UHGV virus genome: UHGV-0251519
Origin: a virus
Direction: 5' to 3' (one strand)
DNA length: 64,000 nucleotides
The position numbers and the translations under genes are program-made. Numbering within the stretch: the stretch's first letter is position 1; each line of letters starts with the position of its first letter. Below, in pieces: positions 29,577 through 39,852 of the stretch. The notes under the pieces were generated by a model. It made no database searches and was not told the origin of the DNA. It was given only the letters and a program-made list of their open reading frames with translations.

Positions 29577-30068
29577 ATGAGTAAAAAACTAAAAATCCGA
29601 TTCGTAAAATTTGAAAGAGCCCTCGTAATGCAAATATTGGAGCAAGAGGGAAGCTTTTGTGATTCTGAACATGTATGTACGGGACTACCCGCACTTTCTG
29701 GCGACCGTATTTATCTTTGTGAAGAGAGAGAACGCGACAATTGGGACGTTTCCGAAAGGTCTTTTGAGACAAATGCCGAGCGCGACGAATACCTTAAAAA
29801 CGTTATCCACTGGATAAGCGAAGAGCAGTTTGGCAGAAACAATGAAGGCATGCTGAAACCAGGGGAGTTGTGTGAAGTGCGAGATAACAAGGATGATGAA
29901 TGGGAAGAAAGAATACTTATAGCAGTTTTGCCTAAAAGATTTTTAAACCGTTATATCGTGGAAACCGACCGGGGCAATAGTTGGACGTACTTTGCGTTCG
30001 GGCGCCCGATTGGGCGTCGGATAGAACCGAAAATCGACGGTGATATATATACTTGGGAGGAAAAATAA
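29577..30068 (+). CDS. LKI.F/YTWE family copy 3
   Basis: Family motifs. Confidence 0.75.
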   Translation: MSKKLKIRFVKFERALVMQILEQEGSFCDSEHVCTGLPALSGDRIYLCEERERDNWDVSERSFETNAERDEYLKNVIHWISEEQFGRNNEGMLKPGELCEVRDNKDDEWEERILIAVLPKRFLNRYIVETDRGNSWTYFAFGRPIGRRIEPKIDGDIYTWEEK

Positions 30069-30070
30069 AT

Positions 30071-30586
30071 ATGAATAAAAAGTTGAAAATCCAGTTTTGG
30101 AAAGCAAATAAGGCTCTTGCAATGCAAGTACTATTACAACAAGATCTTCCGTTAGATAAATATGAAGGATGTATTAAAACTCTTGCCGTAAGCCCTTACC
30201 TCGAAAGAAATGCTATATTTCTGAAAAGTAAAAATTCAGCGGAGGATTCAGAGATTTCAAGTCTATATTTTCCCAGTAACGAAGAGCGCGATGAGTATTT
30301 GCAAAAAATGGTGTCATTAATCACGCAAGAGTTATTTTCTTCTAGCAAAGAACTTAAAATCGGGGAAGTTTGTGTCATAAGTGATGATCCTCAATTTTTG
30401 GATTGTTATACGGGTAAACTACTAGCTATTTTGCCAAAAGGGTTAAAAAATAGATACATTATTAAATCTGCTTGGGATACAGATGGATGGATATGTGGGG
30501 AATACGCACGTATGTTGAATAGGACTGAAAGACCAACTATTGAGGAGTGTGGACAACTTATCACATATACTTGGGAAGAAAAATAG
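30071..30586 (+). CDS. LKI.F/YTWE family copy 4
   Basis: Family motifs. Confidence 0.75.
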   Translation: MNKKLKIQFWKANKALAMQVLLQQDLPLDKYEGCIKTLAVSPYLERNAIFLKSKNSAEDSEISSLYFPSNEERDEYLQKMVSLITQELFSSSKELKIGEVCVISDDPQFLDCYTGKLLAILPKGLKNRYIIKSAWDTDGWICGEYARMLNRTERPTIEECGQLITYTWEEK

Positions 30587-30644
30587 GAAACTTCATAGAG
30601 GGTGCCGTAAGGTTACGTATAATCTTAATAATCAACAAAACAAC

Positions 30645-31130
30645 ATGCTTATACAACCGACAATAGCAGATAACTGGACGCAAAAAGTTTGTAAAGCGCA
30701 TTTGGAAAAATACGCGGATTGCCAAAAATATTATCGCGTAATCATGTGGTTTAAAAATGGAATTATTATTTTTGAAAAACATGGTTCGGAACAAACATGG
30801 GATTTAAAAGAAAAACCTAATGTAAAAGATGTTACGTGGCAGAATATCGAATGCACGGTAGGGTATTATACGAATAAAATCGGCGAACTTATTGAAGTCG
30901 AACCTTGTCCTGTTTGCGGATGTGATCCTGAACTTAGGGTGGACCTTGCAACAAACAAGTTTTATACAACCGACTCGTCAGCCATGATTCCTCCAGACGT
31001 AGAAATATCAAATGTAAATCCCAAACTTAGGCAGGAATGGTTTGAAGATACGGAACTATTCAATACACCTGAAGCTGCATTAGCGGCTTGGAATGCTGAA
31101 GGAAAGAAAAATGGAAGAAAAACTAAATAG
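30645..31130 (+). CDS. Protein with C-terminal Lar-like (restriction alleviation) domain
   Basis: PCPVCG...TPEAALAAWN. Confidence 0.55.
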   Translation: MLIQPTIADNWTQKVCKAHLEKYADCQKYYRVIMWFKNGIIIFEKHGSEQTWDLKEKPNVKDVTWQNIECTVGYYTNKIGELIEVEPCPVCGCDPELRVDLATNKFYTTDSSAMIPPDVEISNVNPKLRQEWFEDTELFNTPEAALAAWNAEGKKNGRKTK

Positions 31131-31410
31131 CTCACTACTTGAAGAGACGTTGTTGGAATATACAAAAACGTCTTTTTTAAAACTTAAAAGCATTAAAGAA
31201 ATATACACTATAATCAAATCCCCAGATGCGTTTCAAGACCTATGTAATAGTATAAAAACTATAATAGATCAAGATCCTGAGTACAGATATGTTAGAAACG
31301 CAAACGTTAAAAAATTAGTACGATTAGTGCAAGAGTTGGAACTGCAGTTGTTAAGAGATTTGGAAATTTTTACGGATAATATTAATAATCAACAAAGCAA
31401 AAATGCTTGA
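31111..31410 (+). CDS. Hypothetical protein
   Basis: Operonic ORF. Confidence 0.5.
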   Translation: MEEKLNSSLLEETLLEYTKTSFLKLKSIKEIYTIIKSPDAFQDLCNSIKTIIDQDPEYRYVRNANVKKLVRLVQELELQLLRDLEIFTDNINNQQSKNA

Positions 31411-31441
31411 ACTTTAAATTAAGATTTGTTGGCATTGAAAT

Positions 31442-31933
31442 ATGTCAACAAATCTTATGCCTAAAACAACTACTTTGCCTGCCGCGACTTCTGATTCAAA
31501 CGGGGGATTTTTTGATATTGAAAAGTTGATTCGTACTGACGCTTTTTTCTTTGATAAGGTGGAAAAAGCCGTAAAGCATTTGATGAAAATGCACGAGCAG
31601 CTAAAAGCTAACTATAGCGACCAAAATTTAAAATTATATAGGGAAGCTTTTTTTGACTATTTAAAGTTAACGCATTTTAGCATATCACCGCTATTGGGAT
31701 ATTATTATCCTAAGTATCCTTTAGGAACGCCCCTGTCTTTAAAAGACTTTCCGTTTGCACATATATTTTATAATTTAAATATAGGTCCATCATGTTCCAC
31801 AGTATTTAGAGGAAGCCGACAGATTTCCAAATGCTGCACAGGGGATACCATATGCAGATTTAAAAATAAAAAAACAGGACAAATAGTTACTATGTCGCTG
31901 GAAGATTTCTTTAAAGAACAAAAAACAATTTAA
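31442..31933 (+). CDS. terL: Terminase large subunit, N-terminal part (130 aa), plus 33-aa split-intein N fragment
   Basis: LKDFPF motif, Walker A half FRGSRQISK, then intein block A CCTGDTI starting at 31832. Confidence 0.85.
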   Translation: MSTNLMPKTTTLPAATSDSNGGFFDIEKLIRTDAFFFDKVEKAVKHLMKMHEQLKANYSDQNLKLYREAFFDYLKLTHFSISPLLGYYYPKYPLGTPLSLKDFPFAHIFYNLNIGPSCSTVFRGSRQISKCCTGDTICRFKNKKTGQIVTMSLEDFFKEQKTI

Positions 31934-31943
31934 AAATTTCACA

Positions 31944-34136
31944 ATGAGAACTTTATTTCTTTTGAGAGGAGCCCCAGGAAGCGGCAAATCCACTTGGGTG
32001 AACCGCAATAACTTGGAACCTTATACTTTATGCGCTGATTAAATTCGCACGCTTATTCAATGTCCCGTGTTAAATCTCAACGGAACATTTTCCATATCGC
32101 AGAAAAATGACAAAGAAGTGTGGGAGTATTTGTTTCATTTGTTGGAAACTCGAATGGCTCGTGGCGAAATGTTAATAATTGACGCCACGCATTATAAGAA
32201 AGAATTGCTTAATAAATATAAAAAACTTGTTAAAAATTATCGTTATAGAGTTTACGTGGTTGATTTTGTTTCAGGCATATCCATGGAAGAATGCATGCGT
32301 AGAAATCAAAATCGCACGGGTTACAAGATTGTGCCTGACCATGTAATCCAAAAAATGTATTCGGTATTTAATTCCGAATCTAAGCAAATTAGAAATGCTT
32401 TTACGACTATTTCGCCGGAAGATGCTATTAAGCTTATTCAAAATACCAATGACCAAGTAAAAGATTTTAATTCTTGGGAAAAAATTTATATTTTTGGGGA
32501 TATCCATGGATGTTTTGAACCAATAAAAAGCTTTTTTGAAAAATATCCTTATGATGAAAAAGCCTTTTATATCTTTTTAGGCGACTACTTAGATAGAGGT
32601 TTGCAAAATAAGGAAGTATTGGAATGGGTTATAGAATTTGCCGAACATCCAAATTGTTTATTTTTGGAAGGAAACCATGAGAGATGGTTAAAGCTTTACG
32701 CTTCCAAAGATTCCGAGGATCAAAACTTGATAGCTTCCCGTGTTTTTCTAAAAAACACTATACCTCAAATTAAGGATATCGATCCCGTTAAAATTCGATC
32801 TTTTTGCTATAAACTTGCGCAAATGGCGCTATTTTCTTATGGTAAACAAACTACATGGTTTTGCTGTCATGGAGGGATGCCTATATTGCCAAGTCTGCCC
32901 GTTGCAGCCATAGAAATGATTCATGGCACGGGCAAATATGAAGACATAGATGAAGTGCATAAAGAATTTGAACGCAGATATGCCAACTTAAATATCTATC
33001 AAATTCATGGGCACAGAAATGTATACAAAGATGTCTTTAATGCTGACAAAACTATTTTTAATTTAAACTCTGCAGTCGAATACGGAGAAGATTTGCGTAT
33101 TTTAAAACTTGCGTTGAAAGAGGACGGATCGGTTACCAAAGAGCTTATAGAAGAACCAAATCCAGTGCATATCACAGAACCAAACAAAGTACGCAAGTTG
33201 TATGATAAAGAAATAAACAACGACATTATTAAACAACTCTGCGATAATCCGAGTATTATTAAAATTCAATTGGATGACGGAATTATATCTTATAAATATG
33301 ATTCAAAATTGTTTTTCTCAAAACAATGGACAGATCTAAATGTTATCGCCAGGGGATTTTTCTGTCGTAAAGATAAAATCATTTGTCGCAGCTATAATAA
33401 ATTCTTTAATTATCAAGAACGAATAGAAACATCCCCGAAAGAACTTTGCAAAACATTGCAATTTCCTGTGAGCAAATTTCAGAAAGAAAACGGGTTCTTG
33501 GGATTGGTAAGCTGGGATGCCGAAATGGATAAGGCGTTTATTGCATCTAAATCAACCAATCAAGGCGAATACGCTCAAATGGTTCGTGATCGATTTTATG
33601 CTTATGACTCATGGAATGAAATGTTAAATTATGCCAAAGATCATAACGTTACATTAATTTTTGAAGTCATAGAGCCGAAAAAAGATCCGCATATTATCGA
33701 ATATGCACAACCACATTTAGTACTGCTGGATATTGTTGAAAACACAATGGAAGGCAAGTTGCTTGAATATGATAAACTTAAAGAACTTGCCGATTCTTGG
33801 AACATCCCTTGTAAAATCTTGGAACATGTTTATAATAATTGGGAAGAACTTTGGGAAGACTTAAAACAGCTGGAGCAAGAAAAAGATTTAAAAATCGAAG
33901 GATTTGTTTTTCGAGACATCAATAATTATCAGTTTAAGTTTAAAACAAACTATTATAAACGTTGGAAATCGTTTCGCAGCTTAAAAGACAAATATGCGCG
34001 TTCAAAAGATCAAATGAGACAAGTATTTGTTGATAAAGAAGAAACGGATTTTTTCCTTTGGTTGAATACCCAACCTAAAGAGTATGTCAGCAAGACTGAT
34101 ATTATTGCTTTGAGACAAAAATTCTTATCTAAATAA
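31944..34136 (+). CDS. Polynucleotide kinase / metallophosphoesterase / RNA ligase fusion; in-frame TAA at 32040-32042
   Basis: P-loop GAPGSGKS (upstream of the track ORF), DATH; GDIHG, GDYLDRG, GNHE; ligase ARGFF, YNKFFN, KENG, EGFV. Confidence 0.85.
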
Positions 34137-34143
34137 TCAACTT

Positions 34144-34180
34144 ATTCACGCCCGTTTTTATATTTGAAACGGGCGTGAAT
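34144..34180. terminator. Stem-loop, probable terminator
   Basis: 14-bp IR attcacgcccgttt/aaacgggcgtgaat. Confidence 0.5.
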
Positions 34181-34213
34181 CTAATTATACATCAATTATC
34201 AAAGGCACAAATA

Positions 34214-34531
34214 ATGTATACAATTCCAACACTGACAATTCTGACAATAATTTATTTTGTCTATCTTCACAAACAAAAATCCAAAGGTATAATTCCATAC
34301 TACATAGCTGAACGCAAAGAGATAACTTGTGTATTTGTTTGCACGCTAATTTTCGTCATGATGGTGCTAGGAAGATTAGCGTACACGAAATTTCATGGCA
34401 CTTATCACCCATGTGAGGGATGTAGATTTCAACCAGTTGTCAAAATTTATTATAATGCAGACGGTAAACGTATAGAAGAAAAATACATTGTATTTAAAGA
34501 ATGCGTAAATTTGCCATTTTATAAATTTTAA
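34214..34531 (+). CDS. Membrane protein
   Basis: Two hydrophobic segments; CxxC. Confidence 0.5.
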   Translation: MYTIPTLTILTIIYFVYLHKQKSKGIIPYYIAERKEITCVFVCTLIFVMMVLGRLAYTKFHGTYHPCEGCRFQPVVKIYYNADGKRIEEKYIVFKECVNLPFYKF

Positions 34532-34543
34532 AAAATTTTATCC

Positions 34544-34936
34544 ATGACACAAACAGCAAAATTAGCGGAAACAAAACAAAAACTTAAAGAAGCATTAGAA
34601 GGCTATATAAAAGCTAAAGAGCAAGTTGCTAAAGCTTCACAATTTAATTTTTCCCAAGAAGAACGATTTGAACAGATCCAAAACTTTAAATCAAAATTTA
34701 GATGTCAATCCACATTTAAGTCAAACAGTCAAGATTTGGAAGATTATAGAGACGAATTTTCCAGCCTATCTGCATTATTTGCTGTGAGATTTGTTCGAGA
34801 GAAATCCTCGGAAGATGTGCAAGTTGAGTTATATATGGAAGATGACGGATATTATTCAAAAATTGCAGATTTTAATGTATGTTGGCTCCCAGATTTAATT
34901 AAATGCCTAAACGAAGCGAAAAAATTTTTAAAGTAG
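34544..34936 (+). CDS. Hypothetical protein
   Basis: Operonic ORF. Confidence 0.55.
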   Translation: MTQTAKLAETKQKLKEALEGYIKAKEQVAKASQFNFSQEERFEQIQNFKSKFRCQSTFKSNSQDLEDYRDEFSSLSALFAVRFVREKSSEDVQVELYMEDDGYYSKIADFNVCWLPDLIKCLNEAKKFLK

Positions 34937-34946
34937 AGATACAAAA

Positions 34947-35306
34947 ATGCAATTCTATGTTTTTCTAAATGATGCACTTACATTAATTTTAGTGCCTTAT
35001 ATTAAGGCATTACTTGGGTTAAATTCTGAAGATGACCTCAACATAGAAATCGATACGGAACCTACACATCCTTATTACAGTGTTATAACGGTTAAAACAT
35101 CAATTATGCCTGAAAATGTACAAGAAATAAAATATATAGGTTGGATAATAGGAGCGATTGTAGAAAAAGAAACTAATAATGTTTTCGTATATGCTGGTTT
35201 TGATTCAAAGAAAGATGTTTCAGAAATAAACTATTGTTTCAAATTAAACAATATGCCAAATATTCGCGGTAATCCATTAACCATAAAATTTTTAAAAGAT
35301 GAATAA
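34947..35306 (+). CDS. Hypothetical protein
   Basis: Operonic ORF. Confidence 0.5.
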   Translation: MQFYVFLNDALTLILVPYIKALLGLNSEDDLNIEIDTEPTHPYYSVITVKTSIMPENVQEIKYIGWIIGAIVEKETNNVFVYAGFDSKKDVSEINYCFKLNNMPNIRGNPLTIKFLKDE

Positions 35307-35535
35307 TAAAATAGATTGGAGATATATTAGAACACAACTCGCCAATAGCCTTAGTAACGAAAAAATTTGGAGCTTGGCGTGCGCAATTTCTTCCGAACCG
35401 AATGTACACGCAGAGAATTGCCAAAAATTAGAGCAAGCAATTGCCGACATAGATAGTGGTAGTTACGAGGATTTTATGCAAAATTTTCCAGAATATTTAG
35501 AGCTTGACCCTACGGCTGCGGTGAGTCATAGTTAA
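35299..35535 (+). CDS. Hypothetical protein
   Basis: Operonic ORF. Confidence 0.5.
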   Translation: MNNKIDWRYIRTQLANSLSNEKIWSLACAISSEPNVHAENCQKLEQAIADIDSGSYEDFMQNFPEYLELDPTAAVSHS

Positions 35536-35543
35536 GTTTCAAA

Positions 35544-35720
35544 ATGGCTACCAGAAAACAAAACATGTCCAGCACGTATTTCTTGGAAAACGCAAAAGTT
35601 ATTTCCAAGGAAACTAATCCGAATATCTACTCCCGTGCCAGGCTGAGAGATATCTATCGCAAATACGATACTGCTAAATATCGTAGAGGTAGCCCTACAA
35701 TTAAAGCAAAAGATGCCTGA
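35544..35720 (+). CDS. Small basic hypothetical protein (58 aa, not in track)
   Basis: MATRKQNMSSTYFLENAK...; fills the gap between neighbours. Confidence 0.45.
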   Translation: MATRKQNMSSTYFLENAKVISKETNPNIYSRARLRDIYRKYDTAKYRRGSPTIKAKDA

Positions 35721-36324
35721 AGAACAGAAAGTTACTGTTAAATCCAAAGATTTAATTTTGGAGATACATTTAAATCTAAAAACTGCCAATAATAAAAAGG
35801 TAGTTGCTGTGGAGCACAATATTCCGCTTACGGCAATATTAGAACCTATGTTTATAAAAGACGGCGCCAAAAAGATTGAGCAAATAGTAAATATGCTAGG
35901 CGTTGAAGTTTTTAATACTATGGTTCGGGATTTCTTCCTTAATAAAGTTGAAGACATGCATAAAACGCAAAACTTTATTGAACATAAGACATTGATTGAT
36001 ACCATCCAAGATAACCAGTCTATAATTGAAATCAACAATGCCGATGGTTCTAAGGAACAAAAAGTTCTTGTAAAGCCTGTGATTAGCGAAGAAACCAATC
36101 TTATTGTCGAGTTAGAAGAAACTGCAAACGAAGTGCCTGATGAGTATCAATTAAATGACGGAGAAGAAAATTTGATTCCGGACATTGAAATGACGGAACA
36201 ACAGTTAACAGAAGTAAAACCGCCGGAATCAAAACCAAAACCGCCTAACGTTGTAACTAATGCGGCGTTAGGCGGAATAGTTGACAATAGTAGTAGACCA
36301 TTGCCAAAAGTTCGACTTTCTTAA
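35713..36324 (+). CDS. Hypothetical protein
   Basis: 203-aa ORF followed by hairpin 36345-36369. Confidence 0.55.
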   Translation: MPEEQKVTVKSKDLILEIHLNLKTANNKKVVAVEHNIPLTAILEPMFIKDGAKKIEQIVNMLGVEVFNTMVRDFFLNKVEDMHKTQNFIEHKTLIDTIQDNQSIIEINNADGSKEQKVLVKPVISEETNLIVELEETANEVPDEYQLNDGEENLIPDIEMTEQQLTEVKPPESKPKPPNVVTNAALGGIVDNSSRPLPKVRLS

Positions 36325-36383
36325 ACATTAAAACAATTTAACCCAAACTCCGACAAACCGTCGGAGTTTAATTTTTTATCAAC

Positions 36384-36677
36384 ATGCCTATATTAACCAG
36401 CCAACTGCCAACTTTGCATAAAAACGACTATTGCGTATTAAAGGGGCAATTTTTTCGCCCAAATGAAGCGTTTCCTTCTAATACCATGGACACGGCTTTA
36501 ATCGTAAAAATTATAGATCCGTCCAATATAAAAATGTTTGAAGGCAGGAAATACGTTAAATGTGCACCTTTGGAAACATCTAACGGCTTTTATTATGCTT
36601 CAGTCAAAGACTTAACCAAACTAGCTAAAAGACACCAGAACTGTCTTGATGAATATTTTTATGATATAGGAGATTAA
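36384..36677 (+). CDS. Hypothetical protein
   Basis: 97-aa ORF. Confidence 0.5.
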   Translation: MPILTSQLPTLHKNDYCVLKGQFFRPNEAFPSNTMDTALIVKIIDPSNIKMFEGRKYVKCAPLETSNGFYYASVKDLTKLAKRHQNCLDEYFYDIGD

Positions 36678-36681
36678 TAAA

Positions 36682-37443
36682 ATGCGAAGCATAGATAAAG
36701 TTACATTAAACAAAATTTTAAAACAACACCAGCTTTGGTTAAACGGCTCGCCCAAGGGCAAATGTGCAGATCTTTCAGATTCAGATCTTAGCGAGTTAGA
36801 TTTAAGTGGTGTAAACTTAAGATATGCAGATCTTTCCGATGCAAACCTTCAGAGTGCAAATCTTAGCCGGTGTGACTTAAGAGACGCAAATCTTCGTTTT
36901 GCAAATTTAAGCCACTCGATATTAACGTATGCAGATTTGAGTTATGCAAACTTATATAAGGCAAATCTGACTATGGTGCTTATGTATAGCGCAAACCTTT
37001 GCAGAGCAAATCTTAATTTTGCAATATTAGATTCTACAAATCTTTCATGTGCAAAGCTGAGCAACGCGAACCTTAGTTATGCAAAGCTTTGTAATTCAGA
37101 TCTTAGTTATGCAAAGCTTTGTAATTCAGATCTTAGTTGGGCAGACTTAAATTGTGCATGTTTAACTAAATCGGATCTTAGTAATGTCGATTTACACGAT
37201 TCACATCTTAATCAGGCTATAATAGATGATCACATTGTGTGCTTGGATCGAATTGGTTCTGCAAACCGTCGAACAACTTACAACATCACGAAAAACATTG
37301 TGTGGTGTGGTTGTTTTTGTGGAACATTTAAAGAATGGATAGCACGAATCCGTAAAACTTATCCGAATAAAAATGAGCCCTGTCGAAAGGAATACGAAGC
37401 GGCAATAGCTTATTTTAAAGCTATCGCGAAGACATCTAAATAA
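36682..37443 (+). CDS. Pentapeptide repeat protein, paralog of 9436-10128
   Basis: ADLS/ANL repeats; near-identical WCGCFCGT C-terminus; 30-bp tandem duplication at 37072-37131. Confidence 0.9.
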   Translation: MRSIDKVTLNKILKQHQLWLNGSPKGKCADLSDSDLSELDLSGVNLRYADLSDANLQSANLSRCDLRDANLRFANLSHSILTYADLSYANLYKANLTMVLMYSANLCRANLNFAILDSTNLSCAKLSNANLSYAKLCNSDLSYAKLCNSDLSWADLNCACLTKSDLSNVDLHDSHLNQAIIDDHIVCLDRIGSANRRTTYNITKNIVWCGCFCGTFKEWIARIRKTYPNKNEPCRKEYEAAIAYFKAIAKTSK

Positions 37444-37627
37444 TAATAAAAAGAAAATAAAATAAACCAATTTGACAACGTATAAAGTACGCCCACACTC
37501 AAAAGACGGGTACCCCTGCTGCATAGCTATTCTTAAACGTAGAATTAATAAATCCAAACGTTCCGTATGTCATTTTTACTTCGGAAGACAAGGCCATAAA
37601 AATAATTAAACACGAAGGAAACTTACT

Positions 37628-38191
37628 ATGCTTTGTAAACACCAAAAACGATTAGAACTTAAAATTGTATGTTTTAAGGATACTGTGCTTGCAATGCAAA
37701 TTCTTAGGCACGCAAACATACGTGAAAGTTCTAAACATCTAAAAGTTACCAAAATTCCAGGACTTGCAACCCCTGATGTACAGCTTGTCCATGACATAAA
37801 TGAATTAGAAATCGACGAAAACGATTATAGTTATAATCCCGTTTTTAATCTGCATTTAATAAAGTTTACTAGCACTTTACACCGTAGAAACTACATAGAT
37901 AATTTTATCTTTTGGTTAAGCAAAGAACAATTCAGTTTAAATGAACCTGGGAAATTAGAAGTCGGCAAACCTTGCTTGGTTCAATATGAACATAAACCTT
38001 ACTGGGTAAAGGAGATTCTTCTTGCTATACTGCCTGAAAGTAAATGTGACCGTTTTATTACGTGTGATCGTTTGGATTCATGGCGTTGGGAATCCTGGAG
38101 TGAGGACCACATTATGCCGACAAATTGCATTGATCCAAAAATTTATCCTGGCGGTAGATACGTTTGGGAAATGGACTTAAAAGGAGAATAA
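37628..38191 (+). CDS. LKI.F/YTWE family copy 5 (divergent)
   Basis: LKIVCF..LAMQIL..WLSKEQF..LLAILP..YVWE. Confidence 0.7.
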   Translation: MLCKHQKRLELKIVCFKDTVLAMQILRHANIRESSKHLKVTKIPGLATPDVQLVHDINELEIDENDYSYNPVFNLHLIKFTSTLHRRNYIDNFIFWLSKEQFSLNEPGKLEVGKPCLVQYEHKPYWVKEILLAILPESKCDRFITCDRLDSWRWESWSEDHIMPTNCIDPKIYPGGRYVWEMDLKGE

Positions 38192-38193
38192 TT

Positions 38194-38685
38194 GTGAAAC
38201 TATTACAAATCCAATTTACAAAATTTTATCATTGTTTGGTAGGTCAAGTGGTAACACACAAAGGAATGGCCGAAAGTTCTGAACATGTAAAGCTGTCTAG
38301 TGAGCGCTTTCAGCTATGCGATTCTCATATAATTTTGCCAATCTCTACCCAACAATTCTATCCAGCTATTATTCTAAAAGATACTAATATAGAAGTAGAT
38401 AGCTATTTGGAAAAAATTATCAGATGGATAACTGAAGAACAGTTTGCCGAGGGTATCAGAGAATTAAGAGTCGGTGAAACCTGCGAAGTAAAAAATTGCG
38501 AAAGGGAACAATGGTACAGGAGAACGCTTGTTGCAATTTTACCGCAAAAATATCAATCTCCTTATGTTGTAGAAAGACCTGGAGATGAGAAAAGTTGCAA
38601 TTTTGTTACTTATGCGCGTCCATTAGGTTCAAAGTATGTTGAGCCAGTAGTTAACAATGACCTTTATACTTGGAAAACCGAATAA
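38194..38685 (+). CDS. LKI.F/YTWE family copy 6 (GTG start)
   Basis: LQIQFTKF..SEHV..WITEEQF..GETCEVK..YTWK. Confidence 0.7.
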   Translation: MKLLQIQFTKFYHCLVGQVVTHKGMAESSEHVKLSSERFQLCDSHIILPISTQQFYPAIILKDTNIEVDSYLEKIIRWITEEQFAEGIRELRVGETCEVKNCEREQWYRRTLVAILPQKYQSPYVVERPGDEKSCNFVTYARPLGSKYVEPVVNNDLYTWKTE

Positions 38686-38705
38686 TATTAATTATGTAAA
38701 AAAAT

Positions 38706-39845
38706 ATGAACCTAATTTTAACTTCCGATTGGCATCTTGGATTACAGCAATATGGAGATCCAAGGCGTGAAAACGACGTTTATAATGCGGCAAAATTTAT
38801 TATCGATTTTGCTATAAATTCCAAATATCCAATTTTATTGGCAGGGGACATTTTAGATAGTTGTAATCCTGTTGAAAAAGCTGTAAGCGAACTGAAAGAT
38901 TTGCATTTAAAGTTAGTTGAAGCTAATATACCTGCATTTTATATAAATGGGAATCACGATAATACTTCCGAACATTGGCTTAATGTGGTTAGTAGACCAT
39001 CCGACAAGGGAGGGTTTATAGAGCTAAAACCAAATCAAGCCATTACAGTTGATAATGAAGTTATTGTTGGGATTACAGCGTATTCTCGAAAAGAGATCAT
39101 AGAACAGTTGGATAAAGCTCCGCAAAATGCGACTATTATTCTGCTACATACGAGATGTAAAGAATTTATTCAATACAATGACAAAACTACAAATTATTGG
39201 AGTATAGAAGAAGATTTTAATTTTGATAGATTTCCCAATCTAAAATTAGTCGTTATAGGCGACACACATGTTACAGAAACTAAAGCTGTAAACGGCGTAA
39301 CTTTTATTTCCCCTGGTTCTATAGAACTGGTTAAAGCAAATGAGGATATAAAAAAGTATTTCTTTGTTTATGATACTGATAAACGTATGTACGATCCTGT
39401 AGAAATATTCTGTGATTATATACGCATCAGATCTGAACTTATTTGCAACGAACAAGACCTTGATAATCTAATCACTACCTTAACCCGATACGGTGTAAAT
39501 CAAAAGGGTACTAGGGCATTTATAATTGTGTATTATAAACCTGAAGTGGAAAACGTGTTATCAAGAATCAACGATTTAATTGTAGAAAATAAAGAAAACG
39601 TTATTTTGCAAAGCATTGTGAAAACCAAAAAGATTACATTTTCCGAAGAAGATGTAAAAGATGTTGCAAACGAACAAGTTGAAAATTTAGACAATATTTT
39701 ATCCTTGCCTGATTTTGTAAGTAAAAGCCTAAATGATATGCAAAATCTGCGTTTAGGATTGACGGAAAAAGGCGCCGAGTTATTGCAATCTTTGGTAGAT
39801 AAAAATAACAATTCTGAAGAAGCTATAAACAAATACTTAAACTAA
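38706..39845 (+). CDS. sbcD: SbcD/Mre11-like nuclease
   Basis: SDWHLG, AGDILD, GNHD, GDTH, PGS. Confidence 0.85.
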   Translation: MNLILTSDWHLGLQQYGDPRRENDVYNAAKFIIDFAINSKYPILLAGDILDSCNPVEKAVSELKDLHLKLVEANIPAFYINGNHDNTSEHWLNVVSRPSDKGGFIELKPNQAITVDNEVIVGITAYSRKEIIEQLDKAPQNATIILLHTRCKEFIQYNDKTTNYWSIEEDFNFDRFPNLKLVVIGDTHVTETKAVNGVTFISPGSIELVKANEDIKKYFFVYDTDKRMYDPVEIFCDYIRIRSELICNEQDLDNLITTLTRYGVNQKGTRAFIIVYYKPEVENVLSRINDLIVENKENVILQSIVKTKKITFSEEDVKDVANEQVENLDNILSLPDFVSKSLNDMQNLRLGLTEKGAELLQSLVDKNNNSEEAINKYLN

Positions 39846-39852
39846 CTTTACC

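Noticed and set aside
35532..36098. 188-aa minus-strand ORF and other short antisense or nested track ORFs
   Set aside because: Shadows of tightly packed plus-strand genes, with no motifs
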